Positions 12,274 to 22,905 of a DNA stretch of 64,000 nucleotides are shown piece by piece. The notes beneath the pieces are model-generated. The model worked only from the letters and a program-made list of their open reading frames with translations, was not told where the DNA came from and searched no databases. Origin of the DNA: Mitosporidium daphniae (Eukaryota); NCBI RefSeq assembly GCF_000760515.2, contig NW_013546711.1:1-64000 (forward strand). Reading direction: 5' to 3'. Both the position numbers and the translations under genes were made by a program. Each line of letters opens with the position of its first letter. Position 1 is the first letter of the stretch.

Positions 12274-12420
12274 AAAAAAGCCACTCGGCAGCCACGGCAG
12301 CCCGAGGCCCCGCGCCTGGGCAGCCGCCAGTCATCAACCTATAGGTAGATGCGCCGAGGAGATCGATGCGGGGACAAGAAACCGCCTGGCCTTTGCCGGT
12401 GACGGGCCGACGCCCCTCCA
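12274..12420 (-). ncRNA. Candidate structured ncRNA, family unassigned
   Basis: GC-rich island (97 of 140 nt G/C) in AT-rich flanks, several nested hairpins, ends in TTTTTT on the minus strand. Confidence 0.4.
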
Positions 12421-12475
12421 CACAAACATTATTCCCTTTGTGTATCCTTAACAAGACATCCATAATTAACTTTTA

Positions 12476-14710
12476 ATGTTTAAAAGTGTAAAATTAGTTG
12501 CAGGCCAGACTTTCCCATCCAATCCAATGGCTGTACGGGGATATCGGGTGGTAGAGCATGTGGAGTCATTTGTCGCGCAATACTGTTTCACAGGGGCGCG
12601 GCGTGATCCCATCTCCATCCAGGAATATCAAACAATGTTTGGGCGTATGTTAGCAGCAGCAAAGATCCCTGCCAACTCTCCAAACACGAAAGTGGGCGTA
12701 GCACTCTCTGGCGGTCCAGACTCTATGGCGCTATTGGGATTGACAGTGGCAGCTCTTGGGCGTGAGCGTGTTGTCGCTTTAACCGTCACGCATGGGCCAC
12801 CAGAAGATGGTGGCGAGCCCACCTCCATGATCCAAGATCTTGTTCGGCCCTTGGGCGTACAGCATATTTTATTACCTCTAAATAATCTTCTACCGCATGC
12901 GAACGCCCAGACAAAGAGTTTGAGCAAAGATCTCCAAAGTGCCCATTCCAAAGTGATTGTCGGCAAGGGAAGCGTACAACAGAGATGTCGTGAGATGCGC
13001 TATGCTGCCTTGCGTGACACCGCATTGAGCTCGGACCTCTCACTGATATTGTGCGCTCATCATCTCGACGATGATCTCTGCACATATTTTATGCGGCTCT
13101 CGCGCTATTCTGGCATGGAAGGGCTGGCAGGGATGCGTCCCCTAAGCATCCTTTCCGGAACACCTGTCACTTCTCGACAACTGAGTTGCCTTGAAGATCT
13201 GGAAGCTTCTGGAGTTCCGCCGTTGATGTTAGGGCGACCATTATTGGGATTTCCAAAAATTCGGCTAGTAAGCACATGCGGCGCATTGGGTCTTGATTTT
13301 CTGGAGGACCTCTCAAACAGCCATTTCGAAAATTCATTACGCAACTCCGTCAGAGAGGGTATTCAAACGCTGCTCAAAAGCTCTCCTGTATCGATTAGCG
13401 ACCTTTATGCCCTTATGGAATCTGCCAAGAAACATCGTGAGGAGCTGCGTCGTCAGTTACGAGCAGCCGCCACAGAAAACCTTTTTGCTGCGACTCGAAA
13501 TGGAGAGGGCAGATCTTGGCCCTGGGTTTCTGGAAACTTTGCGGCCAGTCCCAGTGCCGTGATAGCACTACCGCTGCATCAGCGATGGTGGCGTAATTCC
13601 GGGCTACTAATGCGAGTGCTTTCTCTGGCTGCGGAAGGTGTTGGAGGCACTCATTTGGCTTCGTCACAGACGACTTTGCTTGCTTTTTCAGAAGCAATTG
13701 TCGCTTCTGCGCTTATCCGCACTCGGCAGGCAAAACGTCAGCGGTCCCAACCTACAATCATGCCACAGTCAGCACATCATGGAAACCGTACTCTTCTTGC
13801 AGACTCAAAGACACAGCCATCTAGTGGCTATTTTGAGGACTTGCGTATCTCTCGCACGCAAAAACTTCCGTTTATCCGTGCGTTTTCGTTCGGGCGATGT
13901 GTAGTCTCTCCTCTTGGTGCTATCGAAGCTTCAAGGCGTAACTTGGTGCATGTTGGCGGGCCGCTTCTTGGCATTACGCCAGCACCACGGATGCCTGAGC
14001 ATCCAAGTGCTGCGAGCATTTCTCCGGAACGTCGGATGGTTGACAATCTGCTCTTGGTGCCTGGAAATATATATCTCTGGGATGGAAGGATTCAAATTTA
14101 TCTCCCCAATGACCAGCCCACTGTTCAAATGCCATTGCAAATTTTATCCGAAAGTGTTATTGAGGAAACGCGGCCGGGTCCTCTTACTGGTATGCTTGCG
14201 CGAGCCGGTGGCCTGCCAGCCATTCGAGTTAGCCAACGCACCTTTCAGGAACCACAAATGCTCTGGGTTCTCTCGCCTGCCCTGGGCCCCACTGGCCCAG
14301 CAGTGAAAAAAATAGACAGAACGGAAAGTATTCTTGACAATGGCGGTATACTTTTGACATCAGCCGCTGCAAATAGTGCTGCCCATAATCCTGCAGACAT
14401 CCCGAAAGGTCAAATTGATGGCCCGAGGGTTCGCATCGTGCCATTGACGCTGGCGGCGCTGCGTTGGTTGGCAGCTGGCGCCTCTCGAAATGAGCCAGAG
14501 AAGCTCTCTCAAATGGAGGCTATCCGCCAGTGCCATACGGCCGATGCATTGCTACAACATCCGCTTGTTATTGCAATGGACGGCTCCTGGGCTGCCATGC
14601 CAACATTAGCACTAACTTTGGGGCAGATCCCATGGTCTCCACTAGTTCATGCTGTTCCCGTAGGTGTAACTCATGTTATCAATCGCCTCTTGCTTCCTTC
14701 TATGCTTTGA
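12476..14710 (+). CDS. TilS/MesJ-like PP-loop ATPase (tRNA(Ile)-lysidine synthase family) with long C-terminal extension
   Basis: VALSGGPDSMAL, R.MRY..L, AHHLDD...FMRL.R.SG..GLAGM, RPLL.FPK..L...C....LDFLEDLSN, RN.VR. Intronless, 744 aa. Confidence 0.85.
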   Translation: MFKSVKLVAGQTFPSNPMAVRGYRVVEHVESFVAQYCFTGARRDPISIQEYQTMFGRMLAAAKIPANSPNTKVGVALSGGPDSMALLGLTVAALGRERVVALTVTHGPPEDGGEPTSMIQDLVRPLGVQHILLPLNNLLPHANAQTKSLSKDLQSAHSKVIVGKGSVQQRCREMRYAALRDTALSSDLSLILCAHHLDDDLCTYFMRLSRYSGMEGLAGMRPLSILSGTPVTSRQLSCLEDLEASGVPPLMLGRPLLGFPKIRLVSTCGALGLDFLEDLSNSHFENSLRNSVREGIQTLLKSSPVSISDLYALMESAKKHREELRRQLRAAATENLFAATRNGEGRSWPWVSGNFAASPSAVIALPLHQRWWRNSGLLMRVLSLAAEGVGGTHLASSQTTLLAFSEAIVASALIRTRQAKRQRSQPTIMPQSAHHGNRTLLADSKTQPSSGYFEDLRISRTQKLPFIRAFSFGRCVVSPLGAIEASRRNLVHVGGPLLGITPAPRMPEHPSAASISPERRMVDNLLLVPGNIYLWDGRIQIYLPNDQPTVQMPLQILSESVIEETRPGPLTGMLARAGGLPAIRVSQRTFQEPQMLWVLSPALGPTGPAVKKIDRTESILDNGGILLTSAAANSAAHNPADIPKGQIDGPRVRIVPLTLAALRWLAAGASRNEPEKLSQMEAIRQCHTADALLQHPLVIAMDGSWAAMPTLALTLGQIPWSPLVHAVPVGVTHVINRLLLPSML

Positions 14711-15012
14711 GGCATACAGTGCTGCATAAGCATCGCTAACTAGCATATCGACAGATTTTTCTTTTATTAATAAATTATGTCCTTTGGTAGGTCGTTTTTA
14801 CATTTCAGATTAAGGCTCTTTGGTTCGCACTTTCGGCTGGGGTCGTGATTTCGTTGTCGTTGTCGTTGTCGTTGCCTTCTGATGTGTTTCCGGTGGCAAA
14901 ATTTGTTTGAAGGAACAACTAACTTATTTTGCGATTTTTCAGGCTGTAATTTGCTCTGGTGGTAGGGTTATCACTAAAACATGTTACAGTTTGCACGGAA
15001 AATTTGCTACCA

Positions 15013-15852
15013 ATGACAGTATCAAGTCCCAAGAAAGCAGAAACTCCGCGTGTGCCTTTCTCCATGGGGAAAAAGGAACCGCCCAAGCAAGACCTCACCA
15101 CTTCAGGCACCGCAGAAGATCAGCAACATGCGGCCAAACCTGCATTTAACACGTCTCTTTTGGTACGGATGGGTGTACGCGGGTTCTTCTTCGGCACCTC
15201 GCTTTTTGGATTCATGCAGTGGTGGGAACACCCAGATTACATCAAGCTCATCATCAATAGCAAGTACGCAGGCAAATATGAATACCTAACGTATCTCGGT
15301 GTTGCCGTTACCATGGCCACTATTGCTGTAGCCTCTGGTGCCGATCTATTGCAGAATTGTACCTCCTCCGCCCGCATTGAGGGGCATCGCGGCAATGCAG
15401 CACGTATCGCAGCAAGTGTCAGCAATTGGCTTCTTGCTACTGCATTTCCCATGGAAACGCTCATCACAGTGCTTTACTGGATCTTGCGTGCTTTTGACCG
15501 TTCGTTACTTTCCTCCACACATATGCTACGCAAAGGAGAACTCTTGGCTGTGGAAAGTGATATTGCTATGCATCTTTTACCTTTCTTCTACGTTTGGGCA
15601 GAGCTTCTACTTTTTTCGCCCTTCTTGGCGCGCCCATTCGTACGACGGGCAACACATAGGTTGGTGCTAGTAGTATGTAACGGTGCATATCTGGCATGGT
15701 CACATTTCTTGTTTCTTAAGAACAAACGCTGGGTATACCCACTCCTAGGCAAGCTTTCGACGATTCAGCACTTTGGGCTCGTTGCCGCCACAACCAGCCT
15801 GAGTCTTGTCGCCTATTCACTGGGTATCGCATTGCTGCCAAGACATAAATAA
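15013..15852 (+). CDS. FAR-17a/AIG1 (ADTRP)-family membrane hydrolase
   Basis: GKYEYLT, P.E.LITVLYW.L...DR.LL, D..MHLLP, WVYPLL. First ATG at 15013. Confidence 0.85.
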   Translation: MTVSSPKKAETPRVPFSMGKKEPPKQDLTTSGTAEDQQHAAKPAFNTSLLVRMGVRGFFFGTSLFGFMQWWEHPDYIKLIINSKYAGKYEYLTYLGVAVTMATIAVASGADLLQNCTSSARIEGHRGNAARIAASVSNWLLATAFPMETLITVLYWILRAFDRSLLSSTHMLRKGELLAVESDIAMHLLPFFYVWAELLLFSPFLARPFVRRATHRLVLVVCNGAYLAWSHFLFLKNKRWVYPLLGKLSTIQHFGLVAATTSLSLVAYSLGIALLPRHK

Positions 15853-16385
15853 AAGGTCATCGAGCAACCATTTCTTTAGCCCAGTGTTGCAATTACACCT
15901 TTTTAAGATTTATGCGCGCTGGGTTTTAGGGAGCCTATTTGCCGACATTAAATTATGTCTCCATATGGAGGGGACTTGTTCGCGATCGCTAATTTTAGCA
16001 AGCCTAACTCTAACCGGTGGAAGCCTACTACCAGCCACTTAGCACTTACGACGGTATTATTTTGGAAACTTCTACCACTGGTATCCACAAGAAAGACTTC
16101 TTTGAGCTTTTTAATATAGCGCCGTATTTTCGGCCAATTGTTGCGCAGTGCGCAATTGGATTGCCATGCATGATGGCCAAATATGTTTACTTTAAAAACT
16201 CCGATATTTAGCGTCTATTTTTAGTTCTTCAACCGACAATTTAACAGTGCCACTATATGCATCCGATCATGGAGCATATTTTTATTTCGCTAGCGATCGG
16301 CAATAATTATACGTTGTTTGCATTGCAGATTGACTGGTCATTGCGGAACATGTAAATTACACCAATTTAATTGTGAATTAATTGA

Positions 16386-16410
16386 ATTCTGGGACATTCT
16401 AGAAAATTCC
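16386..16410. promoter_or_regulatory. Heat-shock element upstream of the Hsp110 gene
   Basis: TTCtgGGAcaTTCtaGAAaaTTC: alternating nGAAn/nTTCn units, three of them perfect and contiguous, about 45 bp before the ATG. Confidence 0.7.
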
Positions 16411-16455
16411 CCGTGCATTAATAGGTACACTTGAAGGCGATTTTTTATTGTTTTA

Positions 16456-18675
16456 ATGTCCGTTGTCGGTATCGATTTTGGATCGCAAAATACAGTGGTT
16501 GCTGTTGCACGCAACCGGTCCATTGACGTTATCACGAATGAGGTTTCTAACCGCCTCTCACCCTCTATGGTCTGCTTCGACATGGCGACCGGACGGCGAT
16601 ATATTGGGGAGGCCGCAAAAACCTTCGAGATGTCCAAGTTAAATTCGACCATGGGCCAATTGAAACGACTGATCATGTTGGCAGCTGGCGACAAGCCAGC
16701 TCCAGGAGACTTGGATGCATATGAGAGCGTGAATGGATTTAATATGCAAACCGGCGAATTTGTGGGCCATGCTACGGCTGTACAGGCTGTAGCAATGTTC
16801 CTGGGTTACATTCGTGGTGTAACACGAACAGCTCTTGGAGGCGCTGCAGCACCAAACATCAGTGATTGCGTGATTAGCGTTCCTGCTTCCTGGGGCGATG
16901 CTCATCGCCGCATCCTAATGGATGCTGCTGCGGTGGCAGGTTTGGGGCCGTTAATGCTACTCGGTGAAGGCACAGCCACATCGCTTGCCTATGGGCTCTC
17001 ACATCTTGATGCCATACCGAAAGACGGCATGATGCTGTTGATAGTGGACATTGGCCACTCCTCCACGCAAGTTCAACTTTGTAACCTCACGGGACAAGGT
17101 TTACACGTTTTGGGGGAAGCATGGGACACCTCTCTTGGCGGTCGAGACATCGATGCAGCACTTGCTAGCTATTTAGCGAATCGCTTAGAAAGCGAGTTTC
17201 CAAAAAAATGGGCCGGTCTTTCTGCCTCTCCCAAAGCCATGGTGCGACTGCGCATGGCGTGCGAACGTGCAAAGAAGATGCTCTCAGCCTCCTCTATTGC
17301 GCGGCTGTCTGTGGAAGCGTTGTATAATGATCAGGATATGTCTGAAATACTGTCACGCGAAGAACTTGTACAGGTGATGAAAGAACAAATCGACTTTTTT
17401 GGCCGCCTGCATGCTGTCCTGGCACGAGTCGCCGATGCGCCCAAAGCAACGCCCGATACTGAAGTTACAGCTGATGGCTCTGCAACGCCATCTTCTCGTA
17501 CTCCCACACACATAGAGGTGGCAGGTGGTACTACACGCATTCCCGCCATCAAAGAGCATATCTCAGCCTTCTTCGGCGGACTTCCTGTCTCGCTCGGCCT
17601 GAATCAAGATGAAGCGATCGCTCGTGGTTGCGCCTATCAATGTGCAATGCTTTCTCCGGTCTTCAAGGTACGCCCGTTTGAAGTGCGGGCGGTCAACTCG
17701 CTTTCTTATGTGCTTTCGTGGGAAAATATGGGGGATCGCTCTTCCGTTGCATTGATAGGGCCCTGTACCGCCCTTCCTGCTTCGCGTGCCGTCACTTTTT
17801 CACTGAGACAACTGCCGCTAGAGCTGACCCTGGAGGCAGAGGGCAAGCCTCAAGCGCGCTACCTTCTCTCAGTGCAGGAGGGAGATGCCAATGCTATCTC
17901 AGATGCCCAGGTTAAAATTAAGGTTCGATGCAGCGCTTCGGGAATTATTTCCATCGATCCTAAAGCATCGGTCTGGGTTCGCTCATCGCCATCGGCTAAT
18001 TCCGAGTCTGCAGAAACTAATAGTAATGAGGCCCCGGAAGCAACTAGCAGCAACACCTCTATGCTGGTGCGTTGTGAGACTTCTTGTGCCGCTGTCGCTA
18101 CGCTGGCTTCGCATTCTTTACCGCGAGAAGAAGTGCAGCGCTTAGCAACAGTTGAGGCCAACCTCGCAGCTGCAGACAGAGCCATGTTTGAGGCAGAAAC
18201 CGCTCGAAATGCCCTTGAAGAGTTTATCTACGAAAAGCGCGACGGGCTTTCTGGCTCTTTTTGTCCTTTCCTCTCTTCGCCTGAGGAAGAGTCCACACTT
18301 AAGGCAGCTTTGAATGATGCCGAATCATGGCTTTATCCTGATGAGGAATGCTCCTCGCAGTCTTCTTTAACTCCACAGGAGATCTCTTCTGCTGCCCATA
18401 AGCGGCTTTGCCTAATGAAAGACCTTTTCTATCCCATCATAGAGCGGGCGCGTGCATACGAGGAAGCTACGGAACGGCTTATGCTTGCGAATCGTGCCGC
18501 TGAGCGTCTTGGCCTCCCCACAGAACAGCCAGCGCCGCCCCCTCGTACTGCCGAGGTTTTCGAAGCCGCTCAGCGCGTGGAGGCCGCCTCCGCGGAATCT
18601 ATTTCAACTGATGGCAGTACAACTGCAATGGACGCCCAAAACGATGTACCTAATGATACCACTGACCCTCAGTGA
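16456..18675 (+). CDS. SSE1: Hsp110/Sse1-type Hsp70-family nucleotide exchange factor (divergent)
   Basis: MSVVGIDFG, VAVARNR.IDVITNEVSNR..PS, VDIGHSS, LNQDEAIARGCA.QCAMLSP.FKVRPF, RNALEEFIYE.R. Confidence 0.9.
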   Translation: MSVVGIDFGSQNTVVAVARNRSIDVITNEVSNRLSPSMVCFDMATGRRYIGEAAKTFEMSKLNSTMGQLKRLIMLAAGDKPAPGDLDAYESVNGFNMQTGEFVGHATAVQAVAMFLGYIRGVTRTALGGAAAPNISDCVISVPASWGDAHRRILMDAAAVAGLGPLMLLGEGTATSLAYGLSHLDAIPKDGMMLLIVDIGHSSTQVQLCNLTGQGLHVLGEAWDTSLGGRDIDAALASYLANRLESEFPKKWAGLSASPKAMVRLRMACERAKKMLSASSIARLSVEALYNDQDMSEILSREELVQVMKEQIDFFGRLHAVLARVADAPKATPDTEVTADGSATPSSRTPTHIEVAGGTTRIPAIKEHISAFFGGLPVSLGLNQDEAIARGCAYQCAMLSPVFKVRPFEVRAVNSLSYVLSWENMGDRSSVALIGPCTALPASRAVTFSLRQLPLELTLEAEGKPQARYLLSVQEGDANAISDAQVKIKVRCSASGIISIDPKASVWVRSSPSANSESAETNSNEAPEATSSNTSMLVRCETSCAAVATLASHSLPREEVQRLATVEANLAAADRAMFEAETARNALEEFIYEKRDGLSGSFCPFLSSPEEESTLKAALNDAESWLYPDEECSSQSSLTPQEISSAAHKRLCLMKDLFYPIIERARAYEEATERLMLANRAAERLGLPTEQPAPPPRTAEVFEAAQRVEAASAESISTDGSTTAMDAQNDVPNDTTDPQ

Positions 18676-18744
18676 GCATCAAAATAAACTAATATAAGCT
18701 TCGTGCTACCACCGTTAAGACTATGACTAGATGTATTGGGGTGC

Positions 18745-19638
18745 TTATGGATATGTGCATGTTAGGGGGTCTGCCGCAAAACGGTAGTAGCCAATGCAAA
18801 AACAGGCGCCTGGCATCTCCTCGATCTGTCTGCGGACTACGGGGTGCTCCAGGCCAAAAAAATCGTCACCCGATGTGAAAATTGGCCAGTCAGAATCGGA
18901 AATGGCAGTCGTGCTCGCCAATGCGCTTATTAATTGCTGAAACGCATCGTCTGTGGAATGTCGAGAAGCCCATTTCAGCGTTGGATCCGACTGCAAGTAG
19001 ATTTTGAAAAGTGGACCAGGCTCGATGGTAGAAAGGTAGTACACGCGGCGAGATGGCTCGCGAATGTTGTAAAATTTGCGCTTAGACACAAAGCCAGGGG
19101 GGTAGATGGAGGTTATGGTGTGGTAGGGCTTTAGATGCTCTATCACGGTCTGGTCATTCTTGCCTTCGAAAAACGGCAACATGCCAAGCGAATATATAGA
19201 CACACGCACCAAAGCACGACCAAGTACAAACGGTAGCAACACACGGCTCTCCCAACCGGACGGCAACACCTATATGAGTGGAGACCGGACATACCTTAAC
19301 CTTGTGTCTCGAGTGTGGATATGGCACCAACGGGCTGAGACGCCTGCGCGTATCTTTCCGCAGAATACCTGCAGCATAAGAGTCATAGAGTGTCTCATAA
19401 AGAGAATCCTCTGAAGAGTAATCAAGGTCCTCCTTCTCCTCATGGCCTTGATTTGGTGAGCTGCATTGAATTGTCGAACCGGACTTGGCGATCAGCGCAT
19501 CAAGGAGGCGATTGACATCTCTGCGAAGAGAAAAGAGTTCCACAGAAAGTGCGGCATGAATTTTCTCCAGCTCTATCCGTTCATCCTACAATTAAACGAA
19601 ACAGCGTGCCTTTAAACGCAACAACGCACCCTGCCCAT
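18745..19638 (-). CDS. FYRN/FYRC-domain protein (TBRG1-like)
   Basis: SIYSLG...IYPPGFVS.R.F and SGDDFFGLEHPVVRRQIEEMPGA match the FYR-N and FYR-C domains. Two predicted introns; start approximate. Confidence 0.75.
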
Positions 19639-19669
19639 GATGGAGGTTTTCCATGCAATTAAAATTGGT

Positions 19670-20941
19670 TTATTTAGGGTTAGTTGGCCTCTTAACTTTG
19701 GATTGCCTTTTGGATTTTGCTTGCATCACAACGGCTGCCTTGCATCTTTTGTATTGCGATTTTGTAGATGCCATCGGCTGTCGATTGGTTCTGGTCCGCC
19801 TAAGAATGCCTAATTGTCCTCGGATATGTTCAATAGATGCCGCTCTGTTGACACTTGCCACCAGGACGTTGTTTGTGGCGTGTCGATAAGACTCGAGTGC
19901 CTACATGTTACAAAAGGTCATCTCACATCTTGTGTTGCCTGGCAAATGTGCGCTAGAAATTTTCGAGGCGCAAGATCGCATTTGGTGAGGATCACTTGGA
20001 ACCGTCTGCCGGTACCATCGAGGAATGCCAAAAACTCGTTGTCATTCACCTTGAACCCTTTAAAGTAAGAAGCGTAAGTGTGAATGTAAAAAGAGTACAA
20101 AGGGAAGGCATGTTAGGCTTTAGAAAAGAAAATCTGTACCGTGTCGTGAGTCGATTAGCAGGAAGAGACGGCTCAATGGTACGGCTGGTGACGCAATAAA
20201 TGCCTTGGCCAGCGACCCAAGTCGTTCTCTGGCCGTGGAAGATTGCGATACATATCCATAACCGGGCATGTCGATCAGGAAAATCTCCTTCTCTAAGCGA
20301 CCATGCGCTTGCAAAGAACCTCCACGTTGATTGTGACCACTGTGGCAACCATCTTTCCGCATTCGTTGACCAGCAGTGTTGTCACTGACCGATGGGGGAG
20401 TTATCCAACGATAAATATTAATGGCCTTGGTATGTCCAGGGATCGGGGAGACTCCAGCGGCTGTTCCACTGCGTTTCCCAATCAGCGCATTGAGCAAAGA
20501 GGACTTTCCTACGTTGCTTCGGCCGATGAATCCGATAACCACGCTGTTCTGCGTCAAAGAAAGTGACTCAATTTCGGCCTGTTTGCGGATGCTTCGCCAG
20601 AGATACAATCGGCCCTAGGATGAAAGTCCAATCAATACGCCAAGTGGTTGGGCCTCTTGTGCTGCTCTTCGTTGTCGATGATCAAAAACCAATCTTTGCA
20701 CTAGCTGCTCGATATCTGGCGAAACCCGTGTGCTTTTCAGCTTTGCCCGGAACGACGGTCGCACATTAACTGGTCCGCTTGCAGCCATGCCGCTTTCCAA
20801 TTTATTGGCCACGGGAGTTTTTTTGGCAGCAAAGCTGTTTTCGGCTGGTCTGTTGATTTGCAAGCTGTGCATCGGTAGCCTGGTGGTTGTCGATTTTGCG
20901 GCCATATGGCGCATGGTCCAATATACAAGAGGACATGGCAT
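19670..20941 (-). CDS. EngB/YihA-family GTPase (GTPBP8/Mrx8-like, mitochondrial)
   Basis: G1 GRSNVGKSSL, G2 PGHT, G3 DMPGYGY, LLIDSRHG, G4 TKCD. Three introns including 82 nt at 20058-20139. Confidence 0.9.
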
Positions 20942-20984
20942 TTAGTGGTGTACTAAGGGTATTTATAAAATTAAAATGGCGGCC

Positions 20985-21314
20985 CTAAGGTTCCTGCTCG
21001 CTTGGTTCCTCCTGTGGGGCATATATTTCGGGATGTGCCAGGTGGCACCGATTCATCTCAACAAACAATGACAAGCAATCCTCGCCTTTTGGCTCTGCCG
21101 TACTCTTCACAAAACAGGAGAACGCCGCCTTAAATGCCTCGCCGCATGGCGGTTTCAGGACTTCTGCCAAGCAGGGGCATTCCCAATCAATCTCACCAGT
21201 CTCTGGATCGATGGCGCTTGTGGTAGACAATGTGCTTTGAGAGCCATCTGGCCCCGGTGTATGAGCACCATTTTCTTCCAATGTGCTTGAACCCTCCATT
21301 TGTTCATGGGCCAT
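20985..21314 (-). CDS. MIA40: Mitochondrial intermembrane space import oxidoreductase Mia40 (CHCHD4)
   Basis: ETGEIDWECPCL, PCGEAFKAAFSCF...S.AEPKG.DC...F..M..C...HPEIY (CPC plus twin CX9C). Confidence 0.95.
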   Translation of the reverse strand: MAHEQMEGSSTLEENGAHTPGPDGSQSTLSTTSAIDPETGEIDWECPCLAEVLKPPCGEAFKAAFSCFVKSTAEPKGEDCLSLFVEMNRCHLAHPEIYAPQEEPSEQEP

Positions 21315-21422
21315 GTTCGTTTGCAACAAAATAGGGTACCAGCCCAACCCTAACCCCGCTAAATTAAAATTTATCCCTGCAGCTGAGTTGGTCAATTTTA
21401 CTTCAACCAAACTTTAATCAAC

Positions 21423-22905
21423 ATGAGCGAGTCGCCGCTCTGCGAGCCTGCTTCTTTAGTCTCACGGCGAAGGTCTGCCACTAAATTGCATGCTACACCA
21501 CCAGAAGATGGGTTAGAAAAGAGAAAGCCTATTCCCGCGCCTGTGGCCGTAACACCAAGGTCTTGGAAGAACTTTCTGGTTCGCTCTTTGTGGAGCATTC
21601 CAATGATCGTAGGATTTACGGCGATTCTGTGGTCTGGACATATTTTTGTTATTCTCATGGTCATTATCATGCAGACTGTTATTTTCAAAGAGGTCATTGA
21701 TCTTGTGCGCGAGCCCTGGCCAAACAACAGGCTCCCGTGGTTTCGAACCATTTCCTGGTAATTTTTTGTGCTCGCTAATAATGATCACCATGATAGGTAT
21801 TTTCTCATTACAACGAATTACTTTTTGTACGGTGAAGTCTTGATCAAGTACTTCAAACGCGTATGGATCTTGGACGCCTTTCTGCTGCCGCTTGCCAATC
21901 ACCATCGGTTCATTTCGTTTTCTTTGTACATGATGGGTAAGCTGCTGGGATCGTTTTGTAACCTCCTAGGTCTGATTGCCTTTGTGCTAAATTTAAAAAA
22001 TGGCTGCTACAAGTTCCAGTTTGGCCTATTTGCATGGACACATATGACCCTGCTGCTGGTCACTTTTCAATCGCATCTAGTGATCATCAACATTGTGGAG
22101 GGCCTGATATGGTAAATTCACATGTAAAAATCGGTGTAGGTTTATCCTTCCTGTTTGTCTTGTCATCTGTAACGATATTTCTGCATATCTCTTTGGATTT
22201 TTCTTTGGGCGCACCCCTTTAATCAAAATCTCGCCTAAAAAGACGTGGGAAGGGCTGATCGGGGCACTATTTGCTACCATTATTTTTGGATTCTTTCTCG
22301 CCGGGTGGCTCGCCCCATACACCTATTTAACCCTCCCAATGCCTTCGCCCGCCTTTAAAAATAGGTAAGCGCGCTGCAACTAATCTTTTCGCAGAACCAC
22401 AGGCGCTTCTTCTGCGACATTCGAATTCAAGCCTTTCAAATTGCCGCCTTTTATTTCTTCTTTAAGGAAGCATTTGCAGTTCCTCACGCCTTGGGGCAGT
22501 AATAAGACTGAGGATTATTCCACAATCAATGTAGCCCCAATCCAGCTCCACGCCATCGTCTTTGCCATTTTCTCGTCCGTCATAGCACCATTTGGTGGTT
22601 TCTTTGCCTCCGGTGTGAAACGGGCATTCAAAATGAAGGACTTTGCAGACTCCATTCCCGGTCATGGCGGACTTACAGACAGGATGGACTGCCAGCTACT
22701 GATGGGCATTTTTGCCTATTTGTATACAGCCTCATTTGTGTTTCGTAGCAGTGTTTATCAAAACGAGTCGTCTGCCGTTGTGTCGCTCGAGTTCATTCTT
22801 GATGCTATCATTCACAATCTATCTCCAGAAGAACAGTTGGATTTGTTCCATTCTATAAAGACATACCTCCAGGAACAGCAGCTACTTCCGTCCCTGCATT
22901 TGTGA
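21423..22905 (+). CDS. CDS1: Phosphatidate cytidylyltransferase (CDP-DAG synthase), 5 exons
   Basis: [79 protein letters not shown]. Confidence 0.96.

Noticed and set aside
12274..12420. U3 snoRNA, HDV-like or hammerhead ribozyme
   Set aside because: TTGATGA and CTCCTCG give superficial similarity, but box B/D, the HDV P1-P4 pairings and the hammerhead CUGANGA/GAAA core are absent.
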